Of a stretch of 64,000 nucleotides of DNA, positions 26,575 through 36,604 are shown piece by piece (the stretch's first letter is position 1; every line of letters starts with the position of its first letter). The DNA is from Limisphaerales bacterium (lineage in GTDB: Bacteria; Verrucomicrobiota; Verrucomicrobiia; Limisphaerales; AAA164-E04). The stretch lies in the NCBI GenBank assembly GCA_965203425.1, contig OZ241891.1, forward strand, positions 1,775,127-1,839,126, in the 5' to 3' direction. The position numbers were made by a program, and so were the translations under genes. Under the pieces are notes generated by a model, which searched no databases, was not told the DNA's origin, and saw nothing but the letters and a program-made list of their open reading frames with translations.

Positions 26575-28050
26575 ATGCTCAACGAACTTAGCATTGCCGA
26601 GGCAAGACAAAAGCTGTTGGCAAAAGAGATCCGCGCCGTGGAACTCGTCGAAGCATGCCTGAATCGGATGGATGCCGTTGACGACAAATGCCGCGCTTTT
26701 CTCAGCTGGAATGCGGAGGCGGCTTTGGAACAAGCGGTCGCGGCGGACGCACTTCCCCAATCCGAAAAATCGAAGAAACCTCTCTTGGGCATCCCAATCG
26801 CCCTCAAGGATAACTTGGCCGTCAAAGACGAACGGCTGTCTTGCGCGTCCAAAATTCTGGAAAACTTCGTTTCTCCTTACGACAGCACCGTTGCGGAGAA
26901 ATTAAAGCAATCCGGCGCCATTCTTATGGGACGGCTGAATCTCGACGAGTTTGCGATGGGCAGTTCCACCGAAAATTCCGCCTTCGGCTCTACAAAGAAT
27001 CCGTGGGATATAAATCGCGCTCCGGGCGGTTCCTCAGGAGGCGCGGCGGCGGCGGTGAGTTCTGATCAATGCATTGCGGCCTTGGGTTCGGACACCGGCG
27101 GCTCGATTCGCCAACCTGCGGCCTTTTGCGGTTGCGTCGGCCTCAAACCCTCCTATGGACGCGTCTCGCGCTACGGTCTGGTGGCCTTTGCTTCTTCGCT
27201 GGATCAAGTCGGGCCCCTCACAAAAACCGTTGCCGACGCCGCCATGCTTCTCCAGATCATTGCTGGCCAAGACCTGCGCGATTCCACAAGCGTTTCCGAG
27301 CCAGTTCCCAATTTCGCATCTGACCTCGAGGATTCGGTGAATTTTGTTCGAGGATTGAAAATTGGCCTGCCAAAAGAGTACTTTGTCGAAGGTTTGAATG
27401 CGGAAGTTCAAGCCGCCATTGAAGACGCCGTCCGAACGTTTGAGAACCTCGGAGCGGAGATTTTAGAAGTCTCCCTGCCCCATTCCGAATACGCCGTTGC
27501 TGCCTACTATTTGATCGCCACGGCGGAAGCCAGCGCCAACCTCGCCCGCTTTGAAGGGATTCGATACGGACTCCGAGTGGAAGGCGAAGACCCCTTTCAG
27601 CTTCACTCAAAAACTCGCGGGCACGGGTTTGGCGCAGAAGTCAAGAGACGAGTCCTTTTAGGCACCTACACCCTCAGCTCCGGCTACTACGACGCTTATT
27701 ATCTCCGGGCGCAAAAGGCGCGGACACTAATCCGGCAGGATTTCCTTGACGCCTTCAAAAAAGCAGACCTGCTTCTCACTCCCACAACGCCGACACCGGC
27801 CTTTCTCATCGGAGAGAAAACTTCCGACCCGATCCAGATGTATCTTTCGGACATTTTCACCATTCCGGCGAACTTGGCGGGAAATTGCGCCATCAGCCTG
27901 CCGTGCGGATTTGCTCAGAATCCAAAATTGCCGATCGGACTCCAACTCTTGGGCAAATCCTTTGGAGAAACCGCCTTGTTGAAGGCGGCGCACGCCTTCG
28001 AGCAAATCGCCGAGTGGAAACGGCACAAACCGGAGATTGGACGCTTTTGA
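26575..28050 (+). CDS. gatA: Asp/Glu-tRNA(Asn/Gln) amidotransferase subunit A
   Basis: Amidase signature GGSSGGAAAAV...GSDTGGSIRQPAAFCG and typical GatA termini. Confidence 0.95.
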   Translation: MLNELSIAEARQKLLAKEIRAVELVEACLNRMDAVDDKCRAFLSWNAEAALEQAVAADALPQSEKSKKPLLGIPIALKDNLAVKDERLSCASKILENFVSPYDSTVAEKLKQSGAILMGRLNLDEFAMGSSTENSAFGSTKNPWDINRAPGGSSGGAAAAVSSDQCIAALGSDTGGSIRQPAAFCGCVGLKPSYGRVSRYGLVAFASSLDQVGPLTKTVADAAMLLQIIAGQDLRDSTSVSEPVPNFASDLEDSVNFVRGLKIGLPKEYFVEGLNAEVQAAIEDAVRTFENLGAEILEVSLPHSEYAVAAYYLIATAEASANLARFEGIRYGLRVEGEDPFQLHSKTRGHGFGAEVKRRVLLGTYTLSSGYYDAYYLRAQKARTLIRQDFLDAFKKADLLLTPTTPTPAFLIGEKTSDPIQMYLSDIFTIPANLAGNCAISLPCGFAQNPKLPIGLQLLGKSFGETALLKAAHAFEQIAEWKRHKPEIGRF

Positions 28051-28202
28051 ACAAAGAGAATTCTTTTGCTTTTCCCGTTTCTCCCTCTTCGTCGGCTGGG
28101 GCGCTTCCCGCTTTGAATCGAGATTTTGCCGGCTGGCAAAATTTCCGCAAAACGCCTTTTTCCGCGCGAAATATGCGGCAATGCCGGCTTGCTTAATCTT
28201 CA

Positions 28203-28676
28203 ATGGGCATCGAAATCGAAAGAAAATTCCTCGTTGCCAATGACGACTGGCGACCTCTCGTCCAACAAAGCCTCGAATGCCGCCAAGGTTATGTCGGCGT
28301 CAAAGGAAAAGGTTCCATTCGAGTTCGCATTCTGGGCAATCGAGGTTTCTTGACGCTAAAAGGTCCGCGCATTCGGTTGAGCCGGGCAGAATTTGAATAT
28401 CCCATTCCGCTTGCTGACGCCGAAGAACTTTTGGCCTCTTTTTGTCACTACGACGCAATCGCCAAAATTCGCCATCAAGTTTTTTTTGAAGGGAAAATGT
28501 GGGAAATTGACGAGTTCCTTCAACAGAATTCCGGGCTTGTTCTGGCGGAAGTGGAATTAGAAAGCGAAAATCAGCCCCTTTCTTTGCCCGGTTGGGTGGG
28601 CAAGGAAGTTTCCTTCGACGACCGCTACTTCAACGCCAACTTGGCCAAAAACCCCTTCACCACCTGGCGCACTTAA
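28203..28676 (+). CDS. CYTH-domain protein (triphosphate tunnel metalloenzyme)
   Basis: Starts MGIEIERKFLV (ExExK motif). 157 aa. Confidence 0.8.
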   Translation: MGIEIERKFLVANDDWRPLVQQSLECRQGYVGVKGKGSIRVRILGNRGFLTLKGPRIRLSRAEFEYPIPLADAEELLASFCHYDAIAKIRHQVFFEGKMWEIDEFLQQNSGLVLAEVELESENQPLSLPGWVGKEVSFDDRYFNANLAKNPFTTWRT

Positions 28677-29003
28677 AACCACAATCCAAACATTGCCCAC
28701 CTCCGCCGCCCTCACTTTCCGTCAATCATCGGAATCAGAACGCCAACGGAATCAGAGCGCAAGACGCAAAACTGATGACAATCCTCTATCCGTTACGCAC
28801 TCCCAAAGAGAGCGGAAAAGCTGACGCCAAAACGAGTGGATGGATAAACCAGAACACAGGAAAGACACTGACATGAACAGCCACTTCCGCCGACAACGCT
28901 CTACCTCCGCCCGATCAATCATGCGCCAGCCAGCCAAATCAAAAATCCAAACACCCCCAAAAACACCGCAGGAAGAGCAAACATCAACCACCAAAATCGA
29001 GAA

Positions 29004-29357
29004 TCACTCATCGAAAAATCCTCCCCAAAAAACCACTCCCGCAACCAAGCCCAACCAAATCACAAAAGCCAACATGAACTTCCAACCCAGAGCCCGCCAA
29101 GTAACCACAAGCAGACGCCAACCGCCAAACAACCCCAACAAAAACACATAAATCGACGTGAAGAAAGTCCACTGAAACACAAGCAAAACAACCCCCGTCC
29201 CCGAATCGCCATACTCCTCAAACACAGGAAACCCCATAACCGCAGCAAACTCCCTATTCCACTGCGCCAGAGAGAGATTCCACTGCAACCCCTGCACAAT
29301 AGCGGGCATCAAACAAAAAAAAGCAAAGCCTCCATAGACGAGCCAACGCATAGCCAA
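29004..29357 (-). CDS. hypothetical Trp/Phe/Gly-rich integral membrane protein
   Basis: 117-aa ORF with ~4 hydrophobic segments. It lies in a strongly A/C-rich (plus strand) block, so the coding call is tentative. Confidence 0.35.
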   Translation of the reverse strand: MAMRWLVYGGFAFFCLMPAIVQGLQWNLSLAQWNREFAAVMGFPVFEEYGDSGTGVVLLVFQWTFFTSIYVFLLGLFGGWRLLVVTWRALGWKFMLAFVIWLGLVAGVVFWGGFFDE

Positions 29358-29369
29358 AAGAGAGGAAAA

Positions 29370-30050
29370 TCAATCCTCAAAGAACCAATCGGGAAGCCAA
29401 GGAGATAAAGTCCCTGGAAAGTAAAAGTGGATGATTCCCAAAACAGCAAAAACAGCCATCACAAAAAGACGAAGCATCCACATGCCCAAAAGAAACTTGC
29501 CAATTCTGCCAAGCCAACCCCGCTCGGGAAACTTCTCCAAAACAGACAGCAACCAGAACCACCATAAAATTTCGAACAAAATATAGCCAAGCAGAAGCGG
29601 AAGAATCCACTCGAACAGAATTGTAAACAAAGTCGTATCCCAAAAATCCCGCTCCCAGAAATCCTTCAACCAATCCATAATCAAGCAATCGCTACCTCCG
29701 CCGACGCAACCGCAGGAACGCCTGCCCGCCAACGACAAAGCCAAAAAAGAGAGAAATTCAAAAATCAAACAAATCGGAAAATCACTCCCAAATAGAGCGG
29801 AAGAATCCACAAACAGCATCCCAAAACAACCAACAAACCGAGCCAACAGAGACCACGACAATGATGATCTGAACCGAGTAATGCACGCCCCAAAACCAAA
29901 CCCAGACAACCGCCAAAGAAGACCAAATCCAAGCCTTAGCATCCGCAAAAAGAACGCCAAAATCCGATACCCCAAACAATGACGCAACAACCTGATCCGG
30001 AGGCCAAAGCAAGCCAAGCAAGTAAGCACCAACGCCAGAAACAGGTGCAA
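29370..30050 (-). CDS. hypothetical integral membrane protein (start uncertain)
   Basis: 226-aa ORF. The C-terminal ~100 aa (MDWLKDFWERDFW...ILWWFWLLSVLEKF...) look like a real 3-TM protein. The N-terminal part is low complexity. Confidence 0.35.
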   Translation of the reverse strand: MHLFLALVLTCLACFGLRIRLLRHCLGYRILAFFLRMLRLGFGLLWRLSGFGFGACITRFRSSLSWSLLARFVGCFGMLFVDSSALFGSDFPICLIFEFLSFLALSLAGRRSCGCVGGGSDCLIMDWLKDFWERDFWDTTLFTILFEWILPLLLGYILFEILWWFWLLSVLEKFPERGWLGRIGKFLLGMWMLRLFVMAVFAVLGIIHFYFPGTLSPWLPDWFFED

Positions 30051-30153
30051 CTTGGATATGACGGTTTTTGGGAAACCGTCAACAGTTACCGACTAAACAA
30101 CATGCGCCCATCAAAATCAAAAACCAAATAAATCATTGCGTTTTGCTTCGCTT

Positions 30154-31902
30154 TTATTCCGCAGATTCGGCGGGCGCGGGCGGTTCTTTTTCGGCCGCTG
30201 TTGTTTCTTGCGGAGCGCCGCTTTGTTCGCCGTCGCTTTCGCCTTCCGGTTCATCGTCGACGGCGTTAAAGGCGTGCTGAAGGGCCACTAAGTCTTCTCC
30301 GGGTTTCAGAGAATCCAACACAGCTTGTTCTACTTCGAGTTGCTCTTTTGAGTAGTTGGCGGCTCGGATGGAGAGGCCGATTCGACGGTCGGCCTTGTCA
30401 ATTTTAATCACGCGCGAGGTTACTTCTTGCCCGACTTTCAAGACGCTTTTGATTTTTTCGACTCGCTCCTCGCTCACCTGCGAGATGTGAACAAGGCCGT
30501 CGATATCGTGTTTCAAGCCGATGAAGGCGCCGAATCTGGCGATTTTTGTGATTTTTCCGACGATCATGTCGCCTATTTTGTAAAGTTGGTCGATGTTTTC
30601 CCAAGGGTCTTCGGAGAGCTGTTTGATGCCGGTAGAGATTCGTTGGTTTTCCCTGTCGACTTCAAGAACAATGGCCTCGACTTCTTGGCCTTTTTTCAAC
30701 ATTTCGGATGGATGGTTGATTTTGCGAGTCCAGGACATATCGCTGACGTGAATCATTCCGTCCAAGCCTTCTTCCAAGCCAATAAAGGCGCCGTAGCTGG
30801 TTAGATTGCGAATTTTGCCTTTGACTTTGCTTCCCGGAGGATATTTTTCCAGTGCTTTGTCCCAAGGATTTTCTTCCAACTGACGGATGCCCAAAGAGAT
30901 TTTCTGCTCTTCTTTATTGATGTCGAGCACGACCGCTTTGATTTCCTGCTTGGCGCGCAAGACGTCCGACGGTCTGGAAATTCGTTTGGTCCAGGAAAGC
31001 TCGGTTACGTGAACCAGTCCCTCGACGCCCGGTTCCAATTCAACGAAGGCGCCGTAAGGCATCAGGTTGACTACTCGGCCTTGGACGGTGGCGCCAACGG
31101 GATATTTGGTGTCGATATTGTCCCAAGGATTGGCCGTCTTCTGTTTGATTCCCAAGCTGACGCGCTCTTTTTCGTAGTTGATGTCCAGCACGACGACGTC
31201 AATTTCCTGCCCGACTTTTAGCAATTCGGAAGGATGATTGATGCGGCCCCAACTCATATCGGTGATATGAAGCAAGCCGTCCAGTCCGTTCAAATCGATG
31301 AAGGCGCCAAAATCGGTAATGTTTTTGACGGTTCCTTTGCGAACGTCGCCCGGAGTCATTACGGACAACAGATTCGCCCGGCGTTCCATGCGTTCTTGCT
31401 CGATCAGCTCGCGGCGGGATAGCACGATGTTCTGCCGTTCCTGGTTGATTTTTACCACTTTGTATTCGTAGGTGTTCCCGATAAGGGCATTTAGATTTTT
31501 AGGCGGGATGACGTCAATTTGAGATGCCGGAAGGAACGCCTCGACCCCGATGTTCACGAGCAGTCCTCCCTTAATCACCGCTTTGACGCTTCCAGAAATG
31601 GTGCCGCCTTCATTGCAAATCGTCAGAATCTTCTTCCAATTCTCTTTAAATTCGGCCTTTTCCTTAGAGAGAATCACCATCCCCTCGCGGTTTTCCAATC
31701 GTTCGATGAGCACTTGAACCTTGTCTCCGACCTGAACTTCCGCAATGTCGGGAAACTCAGAAGCCGACACCGCTCCCTCGCTTTTGTACCCAATATCCAC
31801 CAACACTTCTTTGGGACGCACTTCGATAACCGTCCCCGTGACCACGTCTCCGGCGGCAAAACGCACTTCGTTCTGCCGCATGGCTTCTTCCATAGTAAGC
31901 AT
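30154..31902 (-). CDS. rpsA: 30S ribosomal protein S1
   Basis: Six S1 repeats (e.g. GDVVTGTV, GTVKNITDFGAFIDL, GRVVNLMPYGAFVEL, GKIRNLTSYGAFIGL, GKITKIARFGAFIGL). 582 aa. Confidence 0.95.
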   Translation of the reverse strand: MLTMEEAMRQNEVRFAAGDVVTGTVIEVRPKEVLVDIGYKSEGAVSASEFPDIAEVQVGDKVQVLIERLENREGMVILSKEKAEFKENWKKILTICNEGGTISGSVKAVIKGGLLVNIGVEAFLPASQIDVIPPKNLNALIGNTYEYKVVKINQERQNIVLSRRELIEQERMERRANLLSVMTPGDVRKGTVKNITDFGAFIDLNGLDGLLHITDMSWGRINHPSELLKVGQEIDVVVLDINYEKERVSLGIKQKTANPWDNIDTKYPVGATVQGRVVNLMPYGAFVELEPGVEGLVHVTELSWTKRISRPSDVLRAKQEIKAVVLDINKEEQKISLGIRQLEENPWDKALEKYPPGSKVKGKIRNLTSYGAFIGLEEGLDGMIHVSDMSWTRKINHPSEMLKKGQEVEAIVLEVDRENQRISTGIKQLSEDPWENIDQLYKIGDMIVGKITKIARFGAFIGLKHDIDGLVHISQVSEERVEKIKSVLKVGQEVTSRVIKIDKADRRIGLSIRAANYSKEQLEVEQAVLDSLKPGEDLVALQHAFNAVDDEPEGESDGEQSGAPQETTAAEKEPPAPAESAE

Positions 31903-32225
31903 AATGAAAATCCAAGCAAAAAACCGCCGCCCAAACGCAACGGCAAACGCTGGAATAAAATCGTCTATTTCCGTTTGTCTATCTTCGATCGCCCGTTTTT
32001 GACAAACCGCACCCGCGGCTTTTTAGGCAAAGCAAGAAAAATAGACGCGCCTCATGGAAAATCAAGCGAAAAAAGAATCACTGCCCGCCAAAAGCCTTCG
32101 CGCAAAACCGACAAACGAATCCCCGCACAACATCCGCCGGCGATTGTCTCGCCAAAAAAACGCCCGCGCGTTTTCAATCAATCCACCGCCGACAATCTTC
32201 TGCAAAACCCATCGGCAAGTTGGCC

Positions 32226-35200
32226 TCATCTCTTCTCTGCTTCTTTGACGGGCCGCCGCCGGGCAAACAATCCCTTCAAATCCTCAAGCACGAGATAGCC
32301 GGCAGGAACCAAAAACAATGAAATCATCGTGGCGAACATCACGCCGAAGGCCAGTGACGTGGCCATCGGGATCAGAAACTTCGCCTGCACGCTTTTCTCA
32401 AGAATTAAGGGAATCAGGCCGACAAAGGTCGTCAAAGAAGTCAACAAAATGGGGCGGAATCGGGCCGCGCCCGCTTGGCGAACCGCGTCTATCAGTTGGC
32501 CGCCCCGGCTGCGAAACCGATTAATATAGACAACCATCACCAGATTGTCGTTCACAACCACGCCGGAAAGAGCAACGATGCCGAACATAGAAAGGATCGT
32601 GAGGTTCATTCCCATGAAGATGTGTCCCCAAACGGCGCCAACCAGTCCGAAAGGAATGGCCGACATCACGATAAACGGCTGAAAATAGGAGCGAAAGGGA
32701 ATGGCCAGCAAAGCGTAAATGATGAGGAGCGCCAAGGGGTAGCCGCGCAAAATGCCCTGTATGGTTTCCTGTTGCTCCTGCTGTTCGCCTTCCCAAGTGT
32801 AAGAGATTCCGGGATGTTTCTCCATTAGATTCGGAAGATAATTCGCTTCCAGATCAGCAATTATCTCGTTGGCGTTGGCTTTGGAGGCGTCCACGTCTGC
32901 CGTTACATTAATGGCGCGCCGCCGATCCACTCGCTTAATTTCGGAGTATCCGCGACCGGCCTGAACTTCGGCCGCCTCTCCGAAAGGAACTTCCGCTCCA
33001 AAGGGCGTTCGAATTCGCATCTCCTCCAAATCTCCCAAAGATCGACGCTCCGACTTCGGATAACGCACCATAACGCGCACTTCGTCGCGGCCGCGCTGAA
33101 TGCGTTGGGCTTCCTCGCCGTAAAAGGCCTGCCGCACTTGGCGGCCTAAATCCATTTGCGATAATCCCAAGGCTTCAGCACCGGGGCGGATGGCTAATTT
33201 GACTTCCTGCTTCCCATCGCGAAAGGAATCAGCGATGTCAAACACGCCGGTGTAGGAGCGCAGATGCCCCTTCAACTCATCCGCCGCCCGCCGCAAGCGG
33301 ACGAAGTCATTCCCCGTCAACTGCGCGTTGATGGCCTCGCCGGAGGAAAAAAGAGAGGAAGTGAAGATCAACTCGGTCGCTCCCGGAACTTCTCCGGTTA
33401 ATTCCCGCCATCGAGCGGCCAGTTCCCGGCTGCTGTTTCCCTGCCGGTTCTCCGCCTTTTGTAGTTCAATGTGCACTTCGCCCAAGTGGGCGCTGGAAAC
33501 ATCGGCGACGAAATTGCCGCCTCCTTCCTGCTGCGCTCTGTTAAACGGCTGCTGCCCCACCGAAGAGAGAACGTGGCGAAACACGCTCTTCTCGCCTGCT
33601 TTCCGATTCCCGTCGATTTTCTTGCGCAGCGCATCGGCGCCGGCCTCGATTTTCGCCAAAGCCTTTCGAGTGGATTCCGCCGGCGTTCCCAGAGGCATTG
33701 CTAGAATCGCGGCCATGTTGTCCCCTTCCACCGGCGGAAAAAATTGGAACTTGATCCATCCCCCGACGATCAGCCCCATCGTCACCATCATGACTCCGAA
33801 GGCAATAGCAATTGTGAGGTAGCGAGCCCGCAGGGCGGCGGCGAGAATGGGTTGATACACGCCGCGGATAAACGCCCTCAATCGACCGGCAAACCAAGCC
33901 TGAAACCGGAGGAGAACAGCTGAAATCGACCGGCCAGAGACGCGCCGCTCCCCTTTCCAATGGCTCAAATGGCAGGGCAACACCAGCAGGGACTCCACCA
34001 GCGAAAACAACAAGGTGGGAATCACAACCGCCGGAATCACTCTGATGATCTGGCCGGTGTTGCCAGGCACCATCAACAAAGGCAAAAAAGCGGCCACGGT
34101 GGTGAAAACGGCAAAAATCACCGGCTTGCCGACTTCCTGAGCGCCGCGAATGGCCGCCGCCAGTTTGTCGGACTCGGACTCTTGGTGGGCGTGGACGTTC
34201 TCGCTGACGATGATGGCGTCGTCCACCACGATGCCCAAAACCAAAATGAACGCGAAAAGAGAGATCATGTTGATGGAGACGTCCGCCCAAGGCATCACCC
34301 AAAGTGTTCCCAAGAAAGAAGCGGCCAACCCAAAACTCACCCAAACGGCCAGATTGATTCTCAAAAACAGCGCCAGAGAGAGAAACACCAGCAACAAGCC
34401 GAACAAGCCGTTTTTGACCAGCAACTGCTGCCGGCTGCGGAGATAGGAGGCGTCGTCCTGCCAAGCCGATATCGACAAGCCTTCGGGCAGGCGAGCCTTC
34501 TTCTCCTCCACAAATTCATGGACGGTTTTGGAGATTTCCAAAGCGTTCTGATCGCCCACGCGAAACACTTGAATCAAAACCGAAGGCATGCCGTCAAACC
34601 GCCCCTCGGTGTCCGTCTCCGCAAATCCGTCGACCACTGGCGCCACCTCGCGAAGCCATAACTGCGTTCCATCGCGGCGACTCCGAAGCAGAATGCCTTC
34701 AAAGTCCGCGCCCCGATAAGCCTGCCCCTTAGTTCGCAACAAAATCTCGCCGCCTCCCGTCTTCACCGAGCCGCCGGGCAAATCAAAAGAACGCCGCCGC
34801 ACCGCCGCCGCCACTTCGTCAAAGGAAAGACCGTATTTTCGAAGCGCCTGCTCGGACACTTCAATCGAAATCTCGTAGGGACGAACGTTGGCCAACTCTA
34901 CCTGCGTGATGTTGGGCAAGGCCGCAAGTTCGTCCCGGAACTGCTCGCCGAGCCGTTTGAGTGCCGCTTCCGAAACCCGTCCGGCAAGGGCAACGTTGAT
35001 GACTTGCCGACGCATCAAAACTTCCTGAACCACCGGCTTTTCCGACTCTTCCGGGAAGGTGTCGATGGCATCCACCCGCGCCTTAATTTGATCCAAAACT
35101 TCGGAGGCGTTCGCGTTGGGTAACAACTCGGCCATGACCGTTCCGCTTCCCTCGCGGGCGGTGGAGGTGATTTGCTTAATCCCCTCCAAGCTTTGAATGG

Positions 35201-35411
35201 CCTCTTCCACGCGGATGCAAACGCCTTCCTCCACTTCTTCCGGCGCCGCTCCCAGATAATCCACTTGCACGGAGACCATGCCCGACTCCGTCTCCGGAAA
35301 CACTTCGCGCTTGATCGACCGGGCAGACATCAATCCGGCCAAAATGATGAAAATCACAAGCAGGTTGGCGGCCACGCCGTTGCGAGCAAACCACTGGATC
35401 ACTCCGTTCAT
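32226..35411 (-). CDS. RND efflux transporter, inner-membrane permease (AcrB/CzcA superfamily)
   Basis: 1061 aa, starts MNGVIQWFARNGVAANLLVIFIILAG. It has the 12-TM two-large-loop layout and conserved VVDDAIIVSENV and VVNDNLVMV segments. Confidence 0.95.
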   Translation of the reverse strand: MNGVIQWFARNGVAANLLVIFIILAGLMSARSIKREVFPETESGMVSVQVDYLGAAPEEVEEGVCIRVEEAIQSLEGIKQITSTAREGSGTVMAELLPNANASEVLDQIKARVDAIDTFPEESEKPVVQEVLMRRQVINVALAGRVSEAALKRLGEQFRDELAALPNITQVELANVRPYEISIEVSEQALRKYGLSFDEVAAAVRRRSFDLPGGSVKTGGGEILLRTKGQAYRGADFEGILLRSRRDGTQLWLREVAPVVDGFAETDTEGRFDGMPSVLIQVFRVGDQNALEISKTVHEFVEEKKARLPEGLSISAWQDDASYLRSRQQLLVKNGLFGLLLVFLSLALFLRINLAVWVSFGLAASFLGTLWVMPWADVSINMISLFAFILVLGIVVDDAIIVSENVHAHQESESDKLAAAIRGAQEVGKPVIFAVFTTVAAFLPLLMVPGNTGQIIRVIPAVVIPTLLFSLVESLLVLPCHLSHWKGERRVSGRSISAVLLRFQAWFAGRLRAFIRGVYQPILAAALRARYLTIAIAFGVMMVTMGLIVGGWIKFQFFPPVEGDNMAAILAMPLGTPAESTRKALAKIEAGADALRKKIDGNRKAGEKSVFRHVLSSVGQQPFNRAQQEGGGNFVADVSSAHLGEVHIELQKAENRQGNSSRELAARWRELTGEVPGATELIFTSSLFSSGEAINAQLTGNDFVRLRRAADELKGHLRSYTGVFDIADSFRDGKQEVKLAIRPGAEALGLSQMDLGRQVRQAFYGEEAQRIQRGRDEVRVMVRYPKSERRSLGDLEEMRIRTPFGAEVPFGEAAEVQAGRGYSEIKRVDRRRAINVTADVDASKANANEIIADLEANYLPNLMEKHPGISYTWEGEQQEQQETIQGILRGYPLALLIIYALLAIPFRSYFQPFIVMSAIPFGLVGAVWGHIFMGMNLTILSMFGIVALSGVVVNDNLVMVVYINRFRSRGGQLIDAVRQAGAARFRPILLTSLTTFVGLIPLILEKSVQAKFLIPMATSLAFGVMFATMISLFLVPAGYLVLEDLKGLFARRRPVKEAEKR

Positions 35412-36604
35412 TCCCCGCCTCCTGCTTTTTCACCGGCGACGTTCACCTTCATGCCGTCCACGGGAACGTCCACTGAGGAAAGACAAAGCCGATCCCCTGG
35501 CTCAAAGCCCCCTTCAACCACCGCCTGCTCGCGATCGGCCCGCAAAATCTGCAACTCCCGAATTCGCAAGCGGCCTGCCGCATCCACCGCCAAAGTCTGT
35601 CGGTTTTCTAAAACCAGCGACCGCGGTACGACGTATACGCCCTTGGCCGTCCGTCCCTGAATTTCCGCCTCGACGAACATGCCCACTCTCAACGGCGGAT
35701 TTGTTCCGTCCTCCGCATCGTAGGGATTTTTCACTTCGGCGATGACGGCAATCATGCGAGAATCCACGTCCACTTCCCCATCTACCCGAACTACCTGCCC
35801 CCGCCAACGATGTTCCCGCCTGCCAAACCGCCCTTTCAGCGCAACAGAAATCGACCGCCGCTGTAAATCCTCTGAACTTTCTCCCGGAGGAACATCCAAA
35901 AAGCGCAACTCGGTCAAAGGCAAGGGCAGGCGGACTTCGACGCGATCTACGCCGAAAAGCGCCGCCAACTCCTCGCCTCGGCGCACAAACTGCCCGGCGT
36001 CTACCGCCGCGCGCCGCACGCGACCGTCAAAGGGCGCCGTTATTTGAGTTCGCTCCAAGTCCAAATTCGCTTTTTCCCAATCCGCTTGGGCGGCCGCGAG
36101 CGTCGATTTTGCCTCCGCCAACTGCGGCTGCCGAAGCAACAGGGCGCTGGCCTCCTTTTCCGTTCCCATTTCCCGCCAATCTTGCGCCGCTACTTTCGCC
36201 TCCGCTTCCGCCGTAGCCAAGCGCAGTTGCGCCGAAGCCACTTGCGCCGAAGCCCGCGTCACCGCCAGCTCGAAATCCCGCGAATCTATGGCCACCAACA
36301 ATTCTCCCTTGCGGAAAACGCCCCCTCTTTTGAGAGACGGCGAAATCGCCGTGACCATTCCGTCCACTTCCGGAATCAATCGGATGGCGGTTGCGGCCTC
36401 AACCGTCCCTTGGCTTTTGACCGAGATTGGAAAATCCACCCGTTTCAACGCCCGCAACTCTAGCGTTGGCGTTGGCGTTTCCACCGGATTTGGCGTGGCC
36501 GTTCGGCGCCACTTCACCATCGCCCACAAAGCGGCGGCGCTCAATCCAAGAACCAACACCGGCGGAACGACCTTTCGCAACATAGGCATCATCCCATTCA
36601 TCAA
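35408..36604 (-). CDS. RND efflux periplasmic adaptor (membrane fusion protein)
   Basis: N-terminal anchor, a coiled-coil hairpin region (AQLRLATAEAEAKVAAQDW...LAEAKSTLAAAQADWEKANLDLERTQITAPFDG), and 4-nt overlaps with both neighbours. Confidence 0.85.
   Translation of the reverse strand: MMNGMMPMLRKVVPPVLVLGLSAAALWAMVKWRRTATPNPVETPTPTLELRALKRVDFPISVKSQGTVEAATAIRLIPEVDGMVTAISPSLKRGGVFRKGELLVAIDSRDFELAVTRASAQVASAQLRLATAEAEAKVAAQDWREMGTEKEASALLLRQPQLAEAKSTLAAAQADWEKANLDLERTQITAPFDGRVRRAAVDAGQFVRRGEELAALFGVDRVEVRLPLPLTELRFLDVPPGESSEDLQRRSISVALKGRFGRREHRWRGQVVRVDGEVDVDSRMIAVIAEVKNPYDAEDGTNPPLRVGMFVEAEIQGRTAKGVYVVPRSLVLENRQTLAVDAAGRLRIRELQILRADREQAVVEGGFEPGDRLCLSSVDVPVDGMKVNVAGEKAGGGE

Noticed and set aside
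29155-29180. gaagaaagtccac, resembling the RNase P RNA GAGGAAAGUCC motif
   Set aside because: It is only a partial match, with none of the surrounding conserved helices, and it lies inside a putative membrane ORF.
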